Of a stretch of DNA of 64,000 nucleotides, positions 27,030 to 40,610 are shown one piece after another (positions within the stretch are counted from its first letter, which is position 1; each line of letters begins with the position of its first letter). Below the pieces are notes generated by a model. It worked only from the letters and a program-made list of their open reading frames with translations. It did not search any database and was not told where the DNA came from. The DNA is from Octopus bimaculoides (lineage: Eukaryota), in contig NC_068997.1 of the NCBI RefSeq assembly GCF_001194135.2, positions 5,075,643 through 5,139,642 of the forward strand, written 5' to 3'. The translations under genes and the position numbers were made by a program.

Positions 27030-28830
27030 TCTTTCTTTCTTCCACCTTCTCTCTCTCTCTCTCTCTCCCTCCCTTTCCATCATCTTTCTCTTGCTCATCT
27101 TAACTTTCTTTCCTTTTCTCTTTTCCATCCTCCCATAAACGTTCCCCTTTTTATCATTTCTCCTTTTCATCTCATTTCTTTCTTCTTTTTCTTTTCCTCT
27201 TCCTCCTATTATTCTCTCTCCTCTTATTTTTTTCTCTCTCATCTTTCATTCCTGTTTTTCTTTTCTATCAACCTTCGTTTATATTCTACATCTTTCTCGC
27301 TTTAATCTGATTTTTATGAGATTTTTTTTTTTTTCCATTTTTTTCTCATAACCATATGTTGCATATCTATTTTTAGTCTTTTTTCTCTCCCTCTCACTTC
27401 TCATTTTCTTAGTTTCTGCTGCTTTTAGTTTTTACGCTTCCTAGTTTTAATTTTTCCTCTTCTGCATCCCTCATATATCCTTCCATTTTACATTTTCTAA
27501 TTTAGCCTTCATTTTCTCTCCCTTTCGTCTTTCTTTTTTTTAATTTACTTTCCGTTTTTCCACTAAGTTCTTAATCTATCTCTTTGCACCTCTCATCCTT
27601 CTCCCTTTCTCTCTCTCTCACACACACACACACACAAGCAAGTGTTTTCTGTTATTGCTTTGGTCCTCCAAACACCTTGAGTGAAAATGGTAAACTTGTT
27701 TCCAAGCAATGTATTTTTATTCCATGGTCAGATATGTTTTCATGGAAGATTGAAAACAAGCAACACACATATACAATGTGTTTCCATCTATCAAATTCAC
27801 TCGCAAGGCCTAGGACTATAGTAGAAGAAACTTGCTATGCAGTGAGACTGACCCTGAAACCATGTAGTCGTGAAGCCAACTTCTTAACCACAATGCCATG
27901 CAGATAGATAGATAGATAGATAGATACACACACACACACAGAGCACGACTGTGAGGTGGTTAGCAAGTTCGCTTCCTAATGGGTTCAGTATCATTGTGCA
28001 GTACCTTTGGCCAACCAAAAACTTGTGAGTCAATTTGATTAGCAGAATCTGAAAGAAATTCATCGTGAATGTGTATGTCACCTTGTCTTGACACACACTA
28101 GCAGCGTTGTTTGTGTCCGCTCTTCCATGAAAACGTGTCTAGCCATTAGGAAATATTACTTTACTTGGAAACAGGTGAGAGTTGGCGACAGAAAGAGCAT
28201 CCAGCCGCAGAATCACGTCTGACCCATGGAAGTTTGGGAAAGTGGGCGTTAACACAACGACAATGGAATAATGTGTGTGTGTGTTTGTCATACTTCATTC
28301 TCTCACCCATGTGTATATATTTTTTCAATGTAATTTTGTTTTTCAGTCGTCTTTCTTTCTCGCTCTCTTTCCCTCGCGCACTTCTCTTTATCTTCTCTCG
28401 TTTTCCGTCTTCTTTTCTCCCTATTCTTCTGCTTACGTATCTTCTTTATTATCTCCCTTGCATTGTCTTTGTTCCTTTTCGTATCTTTCCTCTATTTTTT
28501 CACTTTTTTCTATTCCTCTCCTCTTTGCTTATATCTTTTACCTTGTTTTCTCACGCTATTCCCCTCCTCCCTCTTATGTCTGTCCTTTCTTTTATCCTAA
28601 CTCATACCTGCTTCCTTTTCTCACTTTATTCTCCTGCTCTTACCGTCCCTCCTTCCTCTCTTTTCTCATACTTCTTCCTCTCAAGCTTTTTCCTTATTGC
28701 CTCCCTCCTCATATCTACCCTTTCTCTATCTTCTCCCTTCTACTCATTTTATCCTCCTTCTCTCACTCTATTCTCCTCCTCCCTCGCTCTCATAAACTCA
28801 CGTTATTCTTCCTACCGCTCCACCTTTCGT
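27030..28830. repeat. Two long pyrimidine-rich low-complexity tracts (about 27030-27620 and 28330-28830)
   Basis: Nearly all C/T on +; they produce spurious hydrophobic ORFs. Confidence 0.85.
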
Positions 28831-28870
28831 ATTTTTTATGTATATATATATATATATATATTTATTCCTA

Positions 28871-28904
28871 ACCGGAAGTAGTTTCTCGAATGTTCAATGA
28901 GTCA
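28871..28904 (+). promoter_or_regulatory. Clustered ETS site, heat-shock element and AP-1 site upstream of the CNC gene
   Basis: ACCGGAAGT 28871-28879; tTTCtcGAAtgTTCa 28882-28896 (three perfect nGAAn units); TGAGTCA 28898-28904. Confidence 0.65.
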
Positions 28905-28985
28905 CACTAGAATCCGTCGTTGTAGTGTAACAGCCACTGTGTTACATACAGTGTAACACACTAACAAACACTGTAACACACATCT

Positions 28986-29035
28986 ATTGGCTTGGCGGCC
29001 CAGTTTGTCTGGGTGGAATTACAGGGGTATATAAA
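28986..29035 (+). promoter_or_regulatory. Candidate core promoter (inverted CCAAT box, TATA box) of the CNC gene
   Basis: ATTGG 28986-28990; TATATAAA 29028-29035 in an otherwise locally GC-richer stretch. The TSS is not verified. Confidence 0.4.
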
Positions 29036-29956
29036 AAAATCACTCCAAAAACAGCAAAGCGAGGCAAAAAAACCAACCGAAGACAAAAGAAACTAAACAA
29101 CAACAAACCCAACAATAGTGTTTAGGATCAGTTTTTATTTGAAACTATATTTGTGTTGTAAACTTTAGGGGACAAAATAGAAATCCTGGCATGGAATACG
29201 CAGAAGTTCATATAGGCATTAATTGCTGCTACCCTTGCGGATAAAAAAAATAGAAAAAACTCATATTAGTAATTATAATATTAATAATTATTAATTCTAG
29301 ACATTAATAGTCTTTTTAGTTTATTTATAATATTAATAAGAATGATTTAGGGTTTATAAGAAGCCAGACTGTAGAAAAATTGGGGGTTTTGTCCCCAATA
29401 TAGCAATAAGGGGAATTTAAAGTCCTCTAATTATTTGAATCAGTTCATGGTGTTTCGAGGGGGTCGTTGTTGTACCTTTTCCTTTTTATTTTTGTGATTT
29501 TCAAATCTCCCATACTAACATTTTAATGGAAAACTCAACACATACATATGTATAATGAGGGGTATTAAGCTATTCTTAATAGAAGGCAACAACTAGCTGT
29601 ACACAAGGACTTCTGTTCTTTTGTTATGATTTCTAACGATGGAGGTGATAATGGGACACAGTACTAAAGCAAATTAAGACGAACACTTATATTTTTAAAT
29701 ATGGCTATTTGTTCGTCCCAAACTGTCCTAGTGGCGATATCTTATAGCTTCGCTTTAATAAACAAGTGAAAGACATTTGAATTTACTTTTCAATACATAG
29801 ACATAGGTGGTAGATTCTCCGAAGATCACTGAAGCTTTCTTTTGTTTAAATTAGGTTTGGTTCTTAGTTGTTTTAATTCCTTCTTTCGTTCGATCGTGTG
29901 TTAAGTCCATCTGTTGCCGTCTCCCATCTCCGTCGTTCTGTGTTCCACAGTTCACA

Positions 29957-30949
29957 ATGATCAAACAATGTTTTACAGACAGTTTAATATCTCTAGCCAT
30001 TGTGCTCAGTCTTCTTCGGACGGATGTGACCAATTATTTTAGTAGTGACTACATCAGCTACCCGGAGGTCCAGGAAATTATCCTGGGTGGCAGCACGGCA
30101 TACGGCCGCGTCAACAACTACATAGACAGCAACCGTAACCAGCTCTACTCGCTCGGACAACACCTCCACTTCAAGAACGTCGACTATGGACACATCTTAT
30201 CGACGTCCTTCTACAACGAGCTGCGCCGGCTTACATCGAACCCGTTCTCTTACAATTATGACGACTACTTCCCGCAGAGTGACGGCCGGCAGCGTCGCGG
30301 ACGGCGGCGGCGACAGCGGGTTCGATATCCGGGCTTCCACACAGACTACTCTACCTACTTGGTCAGCGCCGAGCAATCTTCAAACTCGGTCCACCTGACT
30401 GAAAACTCTAACGAAAGCAATAGCAATAATGGTGACAATGACGACGACTACAACATCGTCGTTAATAATAACAATGATCACGATAACAACATCATCCACG
30501 AACAACACAGCAATGACCATCACCCCAGAGAGGTGGAAGAAAATAACGATAGCGAAGCGGTGAGGGTGCCTGACGAGACGGAAGATGAAAGCGGCGGTGA
30601 GCATGGTGGTCATCCGTGTGAAGAAGTGGACTACCTAAATAGGATTAATTCTTATTTTCACAGCGACGGAAAAAGAGATCAATCTGCTGCTATTACCACA
30701 CCTGCCACTGCTACTGATCTCGGGGCCGGGGTTTCGCACCCGACTTGCCACAACATAAATATTTCCAATGGCAATGACTCAGAGACCAACCCCCACAACA
30801 ACAATAACAACAACACTGTTGCAAATATCTCCAACTTGGAGACATATGTCAACGATTCGGACAGTACTTCCACCCCAACTGCTACAGATGATGATAGTGG
30901 TCAAGTCAACAATAGCCATGCAATTAGCAGCAGTGATCCGACTAACGAG
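29957..30949 (+). CDS. NFE2L1: CNC gene coding exon 1 (aa 1-331): ER-anchor NHB1, NHB2-like cleavage region, Asn/Asp/Ser-rich tract
   Basis: acaATGa start; similar to human NRF1 MLSLKKYLTEGLLQFTILLSLIG...EIILGPSSAY...HPKSID...TEVNAWLVH; donor GAG|gtaatt at 30949/30950. An acceptor-like ttccacag at 29950 suggests an upstream non-coding exon. Confidence 0.9.
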
Positions 30950-32672
30950 GTAATTAATACCTTTCCTTTCAGCCTCTCATTTAAATATCTCTCTCTTTCT
31001 CTCTCTCTCACACACACACACTTTCTGTAAATCTGTTTATCGACAGCTTTCATATTTCCATGTATATATGATCGCTTGGTTTGACTGAAATAGCAGTGAA
31101 ATCTCTTAACTACCGCTTTCCATTGTGTTTAAAAAACAGAAGACGTACTGTAATTCTAGATACACAGTCTGAAAAAAAAAAGGCAGGATAGTCATTATTG
31201 GATTGTATTTTATCTTATGTCTACTCGGTCAGATACGACCTGGGACCAACAGATCGTTGGAGTATTCTACAAATATTAGAGAAAAAGACAAAAATGTCAC
31301 AAATCCAGTCCCCCACCAGCCTTCTTCACCATCTTTATTCCTATAAATCAGGTTTTATGTTAAATATCGCATATGTCTGGCTTGTTAGTCATCAGTAAAC
31401 TAGATAAATTTAAACCTTCCATTGTCTATTAACCACTAGACCACCTGTTCCAAAGAAAACACAAGTGGCAACGAACTGCAAAGTTCCATGTGCATGTGGT
31501 CAGAATTATAGGCCATTATCTTACCTTCATATATGAAACCAGTAATATATTTGCAGGTTTACATAAATGATGTGCTTGTTAATCAGTGCTAGTGAAAGGG
31601 ATGGCAGCATCATGTTGATGCAAATACTTGTTGCATATTCATGATTCATGCATCCATTATTAGAGCGAACATATCCGCAGGTTTAGTCAGATCCCTAGCA
31701 CATACGGAGCGCGTGAGTGTGTATGTGTTTTCTTCCTTGCGTATACAAAACTGTGTGCATACGTACGTGGTTAAGCATATATATAGAAATGTACGTGTGT
31801 ACTCTGTGTGTGTGTGTGTGTATATATAGTTGGCGACAGAAGGGCATCCGGCCATAGAAAACCGGTCTCAACGAATACCGGTTGACCTATGCAAGAATGG
31901 AAAATGAACATTAAAACTGATGATATCTATATATATCACTGTCAGGCCTCCAGCATGACCACTGCCTGAAGGCTGAAACGTATAAAAGAATATATGCATA
32001 CACTCACAGGTATACAGACTAAAAGAGAGCTCGTGGATATAAATGGATGTGTGTATATGTATACACACACACACACATACGTATGTATCATTGTTCTAAC
32101 ATCCACTCTTTCATGCTTGCATCATGCTTATGGAATTTGAGGAGCCAGATTTTCTACTGCTGGATGCTCTTCCTGTTGCCAACTCTCACCGGTTTCCATG
32201 CAAAGCAATATTTACCCATTGATTGGACATGCTTCCATAGATTTGAAACAAAGGGCACTGCTTGTTTACAATTATTGCATAATGTCAAGATAATTTGGCA
32301 TAGACACACACAAACACACATATACATGGCAGGGTTCTTTCAGTTTCAATTTGCAAAATCCAGTCTCAAGGCCTAGAGCTCCTGTAGAAGTTGGGAAGAA
32401 AGATGTTCTTCACCATACACCCATGTCAATCACCCACCTACACATATAAAGATATATATGTTTGTGGATATACATGTGTGTATACATACATACACACACA
32501 CACATTTATGTCTACATACAAGTATACATATAAGTAAGGGTTGATGTCAGGAAAGGTATCCATCCATAGAATGCTGTCATAAGTTTTCAGCTCCTGCTAT
32601 AGGGGGGAAAAAACTGACTGTAATGATTATATGTATACATATGTGTGAGTGGGTATGTGTGTGTGTATGTGC

Positions 32673-32708
<36 letters not shown>

Positions 32709-33640
32709 CCCCAAGTAAACTCGGTATACAGACCAACCATTTAGTTGACTGCAGTAAGTATTAGCATGAATGTTAACCCCCAGTTTTGTCAGATAGACAA
32801 CCATCAGAATGTGGATAGAGAAAGATTAAAGGTATTAATGATATATAGAGGCACCCTGTTCATCAGAAATTACTGCTGAAATTCTTAAAATGTCTTATGG
32901 AGTTGGATATGGGCCAGTCACTTGTATAGTGAATCAGGTAAGTGTAGAAGGGTGTCATACACAACTAGTATAGTAGAATTATTGTAAACTTCTACAAGGA
33001 CAAATGAGATGTGCTAGAAAACAGAAAGTACAGAGATATTAAACTGGCTCTATCGGGTTTTGAAAGTTTGTGAAAGAGCCATAGCAGACTTGATTAGAAA
33101 CAGAATTAACATAGCTGCAATGCAGTTTGGTTCTGTGCCAGGAAGAAGTACTACTGATGCCATCTTCCTAGTGAGGCAGCTGAAGGAGAATTTTCTTGCC
33201 AGGAGGAACTTGTTCCCTGCTCTGTGATTTGTTGGTTACAGTGGAGCAGTTTGTAAGGTGTGAATCAACAGTATATTTGGCTAGAAGTCCATCAGGGCTT
33301 GATCCCCTGACCACTTCCGTTCATTATAGTCTTCCAATCTAAAACAGAAGTTAAAGACTGGCTGCTTAGCTGAATCAGTAATAGAATTAGAAAAGAAACT
33401 CCATGTATGAATACAAAACCAAGAATCAAGAAGCCTCAAATTGAATTTAGCAATGACTAAAATATTAGTAAATAGAAAGGACAAGAAGACGTTGCCACCG
33501 TCGGGGAAGTAGCTACAGAAAAACATTTGGTAGGAATTCTATAAAGTGCATTTGTGTAAACTGAATGCACAAGAAATGTAGTAGGATCACCAGTATTGTG
33601 TGTGTGTGTGTGTATATGTGTATGTATGTATATATATATA

Positions 33641-33711
<71 letters not shown>

Positions 33712-36700
33712 CACATACAGCATCTATATAGGCAACTTATGGCTGAATGGCTAAAAACTTTATAACCACAAGGTTCCAGGTTTGAGTGCAGGAAGGGCAT
33801 CTAGTCGAAGAAAATGTAACACATACAAGCATGGAGAAATACACATGTATCTGTTTATAAGTTGTGTACTGATGACATTAATCAAAACTTCAAATTCTGT
33901 TGGTTATATCTACACTACTCATATTGGCCTTGAGACAGCAACATCACTTCATCCAGAAGGGGAGAATGTGAAGATTTAGAAAAACATTGATGATAGATTT
34001 GGAACATTTACTGCTACAAATAAACTACAAGGAACCCATACAACAATATGAAAAATTATCTTGGTAAAGATATTACTGGAAAACAGTTTGTTTTCAATAT
34101 AGCATCATCAACATTTGATGTCAGTTTTTCATGCTGGCCTGGGTTGGACAACTTGACAGGAACTGGCAAGACCAGGGGCCACTCCAGGCTCCACAGTCTG
34201 TTTTGGCTTGGATTCTACAGCTGGATGCCCCTCCTAATGCCAACTACTTTATAAAGTGTACCAGATGCTTTTTACATAGTTTCATCACTAATGCTTTTTA
34301 AGTATCTATTTATCTACAACAGGTCACTGAAACAACCAAAACTATCTCTCATTTTCATGTCAATTTTTCCATGCTTGCTGAACAAAGTTTATTGTCGCAG
34401 ATTTTCTAAGGCCAGACACCCTTCCTGTTTCCATCCCTCACCTCTTTTCATACAAGATAATATTTCCCATGGGCAGATCTGTTTTTTGCAGAATATTGAA
34501 AATGAATAACACTGCAGAGTCAAGACTTGCACAAACATTTACATACACACACAAAGTCTTCTTTTCAGATTCTATCGTAAAATTGTTTTTATTATAGCTG
34601 TATATATATATATATATATAGGGTGTGATAGGTAAATTGTCGCCATTTTATATTTTAAATTTTGTGCATGCACATTGTTTGTTTTTGATTTTGTCGACTA
34701 CACAGTATAGTAGAGCTAGTTGGGCACCATCTGTGAGAAAAACAACACCATGACACAATTCACTCTGCCAGAAATTTGGAAAAGACATGCTCTACTGCTT
34801 GGCATTCACACTGGAAGCTCCAATACCAACATTTCAGAGTGTTTGGACATCAATCTGAGAACATGTGCTGAGAGTGATAAAAATCAAACATCCACTCAAC
34901 ATCATAGTGTTTGGAGTGATCACTTGTGATGGCAACATTATGCTTCCATTCATCTTCCCACACAGCCTCACACTCAACACAGAGGCCTACATCAAGTGCC
35001 TGGAGGAGGTAGTGCTGCCCAAGAGGATGGCGACCAGAAGACTCTAAGTCTGGCAACAGGACTCTGTACCATGCCACACAAGCAAGAGAACCCAGTCATG
35101 GCTGTCAGACAATTTCTGCAACCACATCACCCCCTAACATCTGGCCACCTAACTCCCCAGACTGCAACCCTCTTGATTACTATGTGTGGGGTGCAGTTGA
35201 GGGCGAGACCAACAAAGCTCCTTGTAACACACCAAAGATGAACTGAAGGCAAGGATTATGGCAGCATTCACCAACTTAAACAAGGAGACCATCCAGAAGA
35301 GTTGCAGCAGATTCTGAAGTCGTCTGGAAGCTGTGGTTGAAGCCAATGGCAATTTTATTGAATAAATTTACTCTTTAGTATTTCAAGATATTTCTATGTA
35401 ATTTTGATAAATATATCTGTTAAAACGAGATGTCAGTGTTATTTTCATTTTTGCATAATTTAGACGGCAGTTTATTCACCGCACCCTGTATATATATATA
35501 TATAAAATCATCACATTTGCATCTGCTTTTCCCTGTTCAGGCATGAAAACAAATGAGTTACTGATGGGAAAAAGCATCTTGGCTTTAGAAAATTTGCCTC
35601 AACAAATTCCATTTGGCCCATGCAAGCATGGAAAAGTGTATGCCTGCCTGTATCCCATTACTCCTTCCTCTACGATGTTCTTATCCCAGTTCATCCCATC
35701 TCTTCTCTCCTTAGCTTGTCACTTTTAGGTCATCTTCAATTATTGCCTAAGTAATATGTACTGAAAATAAACCCCAACTGTCAGGGGGTAAGCTAGAGGT
35801 AGTAGATAGCTTCTGTTATCTAGGTAACCAAGTTAGTAGCAGAGGTAGATGTTCCAAGAGCATAGTTGTGAGAATAAGAATAGGCTGGGCAAAGTTCAGA
35901 GAGCTCTTACCTCTGCTGGCAACAAAGGGCCTCTTCTTTGCTGCATTTTTTCTGGCCTTCTATGTTAAAATTCCACTGAGGTTGACCTTGCCTTCCATCC
36001 TTTCAGAGTCGGTGAAATAAGTATCAGTTGAGCATTAGGGTTGATGTAATTTAAGGCCGTGTACCTATAGTAGAAAGGGTTACATTTATATGTAAAATAG
36101 AACTAAAGTAAGTGATTGTTGACATTTGAGTTGAGCAGTGAGTAGTTAGTTGTTCAATCAACTGAATACTCAGAGCTCATTGTATTATAATGTATGTAGA
36201 ATGCTCTTGTGTACCCTTAATGTCACCCTCCAGTAGAATCATTAATATAGTGTTATGAGGATGGATATTTGAATTACATGTTCATCTGACAGACCCCCTC
36301 CCACTGTACGCACAGTTTCACTCTACCTAATTTTACTCCGAGGTTTTATGTTAATCTAAGGTTACTGGAAGACAGAATGTAGAGTAAAAAACCCCTTTTG
36401 TCAAGAATTACCTTGAGATTGCACCTAGAAAGTTCCCCTACAAGACACAAGTCTGAGCAAGGTTGTTTATGGAAGACTAACAGTCGCTCATGCATACCAG
36501 CCTCTCTTCTCCACATCACCAATGTTATCCAAGGGAAAGGCAAAGGCCAATACAGCTTGGCACTCATTTCTACAGCTGAGTGAACTGGAGCAACGTGAAA
36601 TAAAGTGTTTTACTCAAGAACACAACACACAGCCAGTCCAGGAATCAAACTCACTACCTCATGATTGTAAGCCTGAAACTCTAACCATTGAGCCATGTGC

Positions 36701-38301
36701 CTTCACTGGAAGTCTGTACTTGCCCAACCTGTTAGCAGAGGTTTTAAATCAGAGACCTCGTGATTGAGGTCCAAACTTAATTATCCAGCCATGCTGCATC
36801 CATACATCTGTATCATATTACATGCACACACATGCATACATGTGATGTACATACATGTGATGTTTGTATCTGTGTTGGCCCTAATGGCAAAAAGGATATT
36901 CATAAATAGAAAATTGGGGAAAGATATTTCTCTGGAGTGATAAAACTCATTATCACACACTCTCCTCCTCCATCAGTCATCCTTATTCAAGTAAACTTCC
37001 TCCCACCACATCATTATTCATGGTACACCAACCTCTCCTTATCATTATTCAAGTTAAGCCCAGATTCACAAACTTTAAGTTTTATGTGATTCCATTCACA
37101 CTCCATTTATTCTGTGCCCAGGTTTTACATTCACAGAAAACCCGTTTTTATTAAAATGTCAGACCTCACTAATTTACCACTGTAGTATGATTGCTATTAA
37201 ACTAGAATCAGCAGATCAATATCAATAAATAAATAAAAAATCTTTAGATTTGTGTTTATTTTCAATCTCTTTTATTTTGGGTAACATTAAGTTTTTCTGT
37301 ATTTCATTATTTTCCTTAAATACTTACTTGACTCAGTCATTTCTGATTAGACTTGCTGGACTATTTGTATTTCTACAAGAATGTGTTCTTTGAGCTGTTC
37401 AAAAAATTTCAAACTTTTGTAGTGCTTTCTGTCACCTCTGAGGGTAGTAAATACAATCATTCCAAGTTGTGGATGGCCAAGACTTATTTGTTGGACAATT
37501 ACAGTAAAATTCACAGGAATGCTCTACATGCCACAAAACTGAATCCTGAAGACTTTTTTTTTTTTTCTTTTTCTTTTACATTTTCATTCCCAGCAAAATG
37601 CCAAACCTTTGCCCATCATCTTAGTTTTCTGACGAGTTCTTGCTTGAACAAGTACAAACATTGGCACTACTGCTCTTCTCTCGGCATCATTTCTCTCATT
37701 AACTCTATTTCTCTTGAAATGCATTACTTTTATTTCAATTAATTTTGATAACAGAGAAGTTATTAAAATTATTTTGTGATTATTTAGCTAGTGTTTAGGG
37801 TATAAATTTACACAGTATTTTGATGGATGGTTTTAATTTAGGGAACTTATATTGTAGAACTAATGACTGTTTCAGGCAGGTTAGTAACAAAAGAGTTAAA
37901 CTTCCTCGGTTTCTTTTATCATTCAGTACTAGTTTAGTTAGTTCTGGTACCCCACCTTCACATTCTACACTTACATAATATACAAGTCACATTTTTAATT
38001 TAATATATCCAACCCAATTTGTTTTACTATAACCTTGATGACATGAAACCAGGCTTTGACAATCGAGACCAAAATATTGGGTGGCGGTGGTGTTATTGTT
38101 TTATGTTCTGTGTGAATCCTGTTAAACAACTGTCCTCTGAATTCTGAATTATTTCTCTATTGCTATAGTCTATTGTTTTTGATCCTCAATAGGTTAGTTA
38201 CACAATTTTACATCAGCTTTCCAAGGTTGTATGTGTTTGTGACTGTATAAGTGTGTTCTTTTAGTTTTCTACTGTTTCAGTCATTTGACTGGAGCACTGC
38301 C

Positions 38302-38338
<37 letters not shown>

Positions 38339-40560
38339 TTATATCAATTATATATACATAGGCGCAGGAGTGGCTGTGTGGTAAGTAGCTTGCTTACCAA
38401 CCACATGGTTCTGGGTTCAGCCCCACTGCGTGGCACTTTGGGCAAGTGTCTTCTACTATAGCCTCGGGCCGACCAAAGTCTTGTGAGTGGATTTGGTAGA
38501 CGGAAACTGAAAGAAGCCCGTCGTATATATGTATATATATATATATATGTATGCGTGTTTGTGTGTCTGTATTTGTCCCCCCACCATCACTTGACAACCG
38601 ATGCTGGTGTGTTTANNNNNNNNNNNNNNNNNNNNNNNNNNNNNNNNNNNNNNNNNNNNNNNNNNNNNNNNNNNNNNNNNNNNNNNNNNNNNNNNNNNNN
38701 NNNNNNNNNNNNNNNNNNNNNNNNNNNNNNNNNNNNNNNNNNNNNNNNNNNNNNNNNNNNNNNNNNNNNNNNNNNNNNNAAGAATATATATATATTTTTT
38801 TTTTTATTCCCTTCTCTCTCTCCCCTTTCTGTTAAGAGTTCAGCTGTGAAATTGGAAGTAGTGAATGATTAGCAATTGTTAAATGGAAGTGGTACTTTTG
38901 TGTAAACCTTACTAGATGATTGGGCAGATATATTGGGGGGGGGGGCTGCTAGAAAGAAAGAATTTTCAATCTTTACAATGTGTGTAATCAGGAATGCTTC
39001 TGTGTTGTAAGTATAGCTTTGTGATTATGATGTTTGTCTCTCAACCATGTGGCATTAGGTTCAGTCCTACTGCAAGGCATCTGAGGCAAATACATATGCA
39101 TATATATGGGTGTGCGTTTGTGTCCTTTTGTCTTGTCATCATGCAATAGTTGTAAATGGATGTAATGTAATTAATGTTCTTTGTTTCCAGTCTTCTATGA
39201 AAACGGGTCAGGGTTGGTGATTGGAAGGGTATTTCAGCAGAGAAAGGCTGCCTCAATGAATTCTGTTTGGCCTATGTAAGCATAGCAAAGTTAACATTAA
39301 AATGCTGCTGATGATGATGATGCATACATATACTTTTTTCTATACCTATCTTAATTCAAATAAATAGAACACTTTCATATTTTTCAATATGTTCTGTCTT
39401 CTCTAGTGCAGTAGCATCAGTAGACTTTAATCATGTTACTCTATAAAATATAATGCTTATTTATCATGTTTTGAATTAATCATGCATTATCTCATAGCTT
39501 TGAGATTTCAATGATATGATTGTTTTATTTTTAGAATGGCATTGTAGGATAGGTATGAGAGGCCAGATCTGGCTGATTTGAACATAAAATAAGTAGAATA
39601 TTTGGCAGAATATGGTCAGTTTGAATGCTAAAGGGTTAAAACAGCTCCTCAGTCGTTAATTAGTAAGGGAGATAATTTCTAATCAGTCAGTAGTGTAGCA
39701 ACCAATGACTATAAGACAACTATGTCAAGTGCATTCTGTTATTTGGGGTTTAGAAAAAAAACCAGGCAGATCTCTTCAAGAATGTGTCTGCGTGTATATA
39801 CCTTTTAGTTGTTTCAACCATAGGAGTGCTGCTATACTAGGGCACTGCCTTGAAGTGTTTAGTTCAGTTGTTCTCAAAATACAATAAGATTTTTTTAGAC
39901 GTTGAATGGTTATGTGGGGGTCCATTAGAGTAAAATAGGATTCAAAGGGGTCCATAGACAAAATATGGTTGAGAACCACAGGTTTAGTTGAACAAATTGA
40001 CCCCAATATTTATCATTTGTTAAGTCTTGTACTTATTCTCTTGGTCTTTTTTGCTGAACTGCTAGGTTACTGGAACACATACAAACCAACACTGATTGTC
40101 AAGCAATGGTGGGGAGCAAACACAAATTTACACACACACACACATATATATTTGTATATATATATATATATATTTGTATATATATCATCATCGTCGTTGT
40201 CATTTAACGTCTGCTTTCCATGCAGTATATATATATAAACAAGCAATATATGAGTATATGTACATGTATGTACAAACCTTCATCTACATGTACATATAGA
40301 TACATATCTGGGTACATGACGTTGCAAAAGAACATGGACAAAATGATAAACAAGTTACAAAAAACAAGCAGGCCACAGAGAGAACATATCCTTCATCAGC
40401 TGCCACCATTAAAACACCGGCGTTTCGAAGAGTTAGGGCAGGACACATCGTTAAAATGGCTCTTCCCACGAACACAAATTAAATTTTTTTTCGTGGAGGA
40501 TAGTGGCGGATGGAAAACAAGACAGGAAAACGAAACGGTGAAATAAACAAACAAAAAGGC

Positions 40561-40610
<50 letters not shown>

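Noticed and set aside
28165-28881. 238-aa and 198-aa hydrophobic ORFs resembling membrane proteins
   Set aside because: Translation of C/T low-complexity sequence plus SINE; no splice or homology support.
28898-28908. ARE/MARE autoregulatory site
   Set aside because: TGAGTCA lacks the GC required by TGA(C/G)nnnGC on either strand; called AP-1 only.
30950-31030. C-terminal 26 aa of the 357-aa ORF
   Set aside because: Lies after a good donor (GAG|gtaatt) and runs into CT/CA microsatellite; intronic.
37353-37742. 129-aa ORF as the alternative first exon of the CNC gene
   Set aside because: TTG start, overlaps a MITE and T-tracts, no phase-0 donor or homology recognised.
38361-38450. tRNA genes at SINE heads
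   Set aside because: A/B boxes are present but no full cloverleaf; they continue into SINE bodies.
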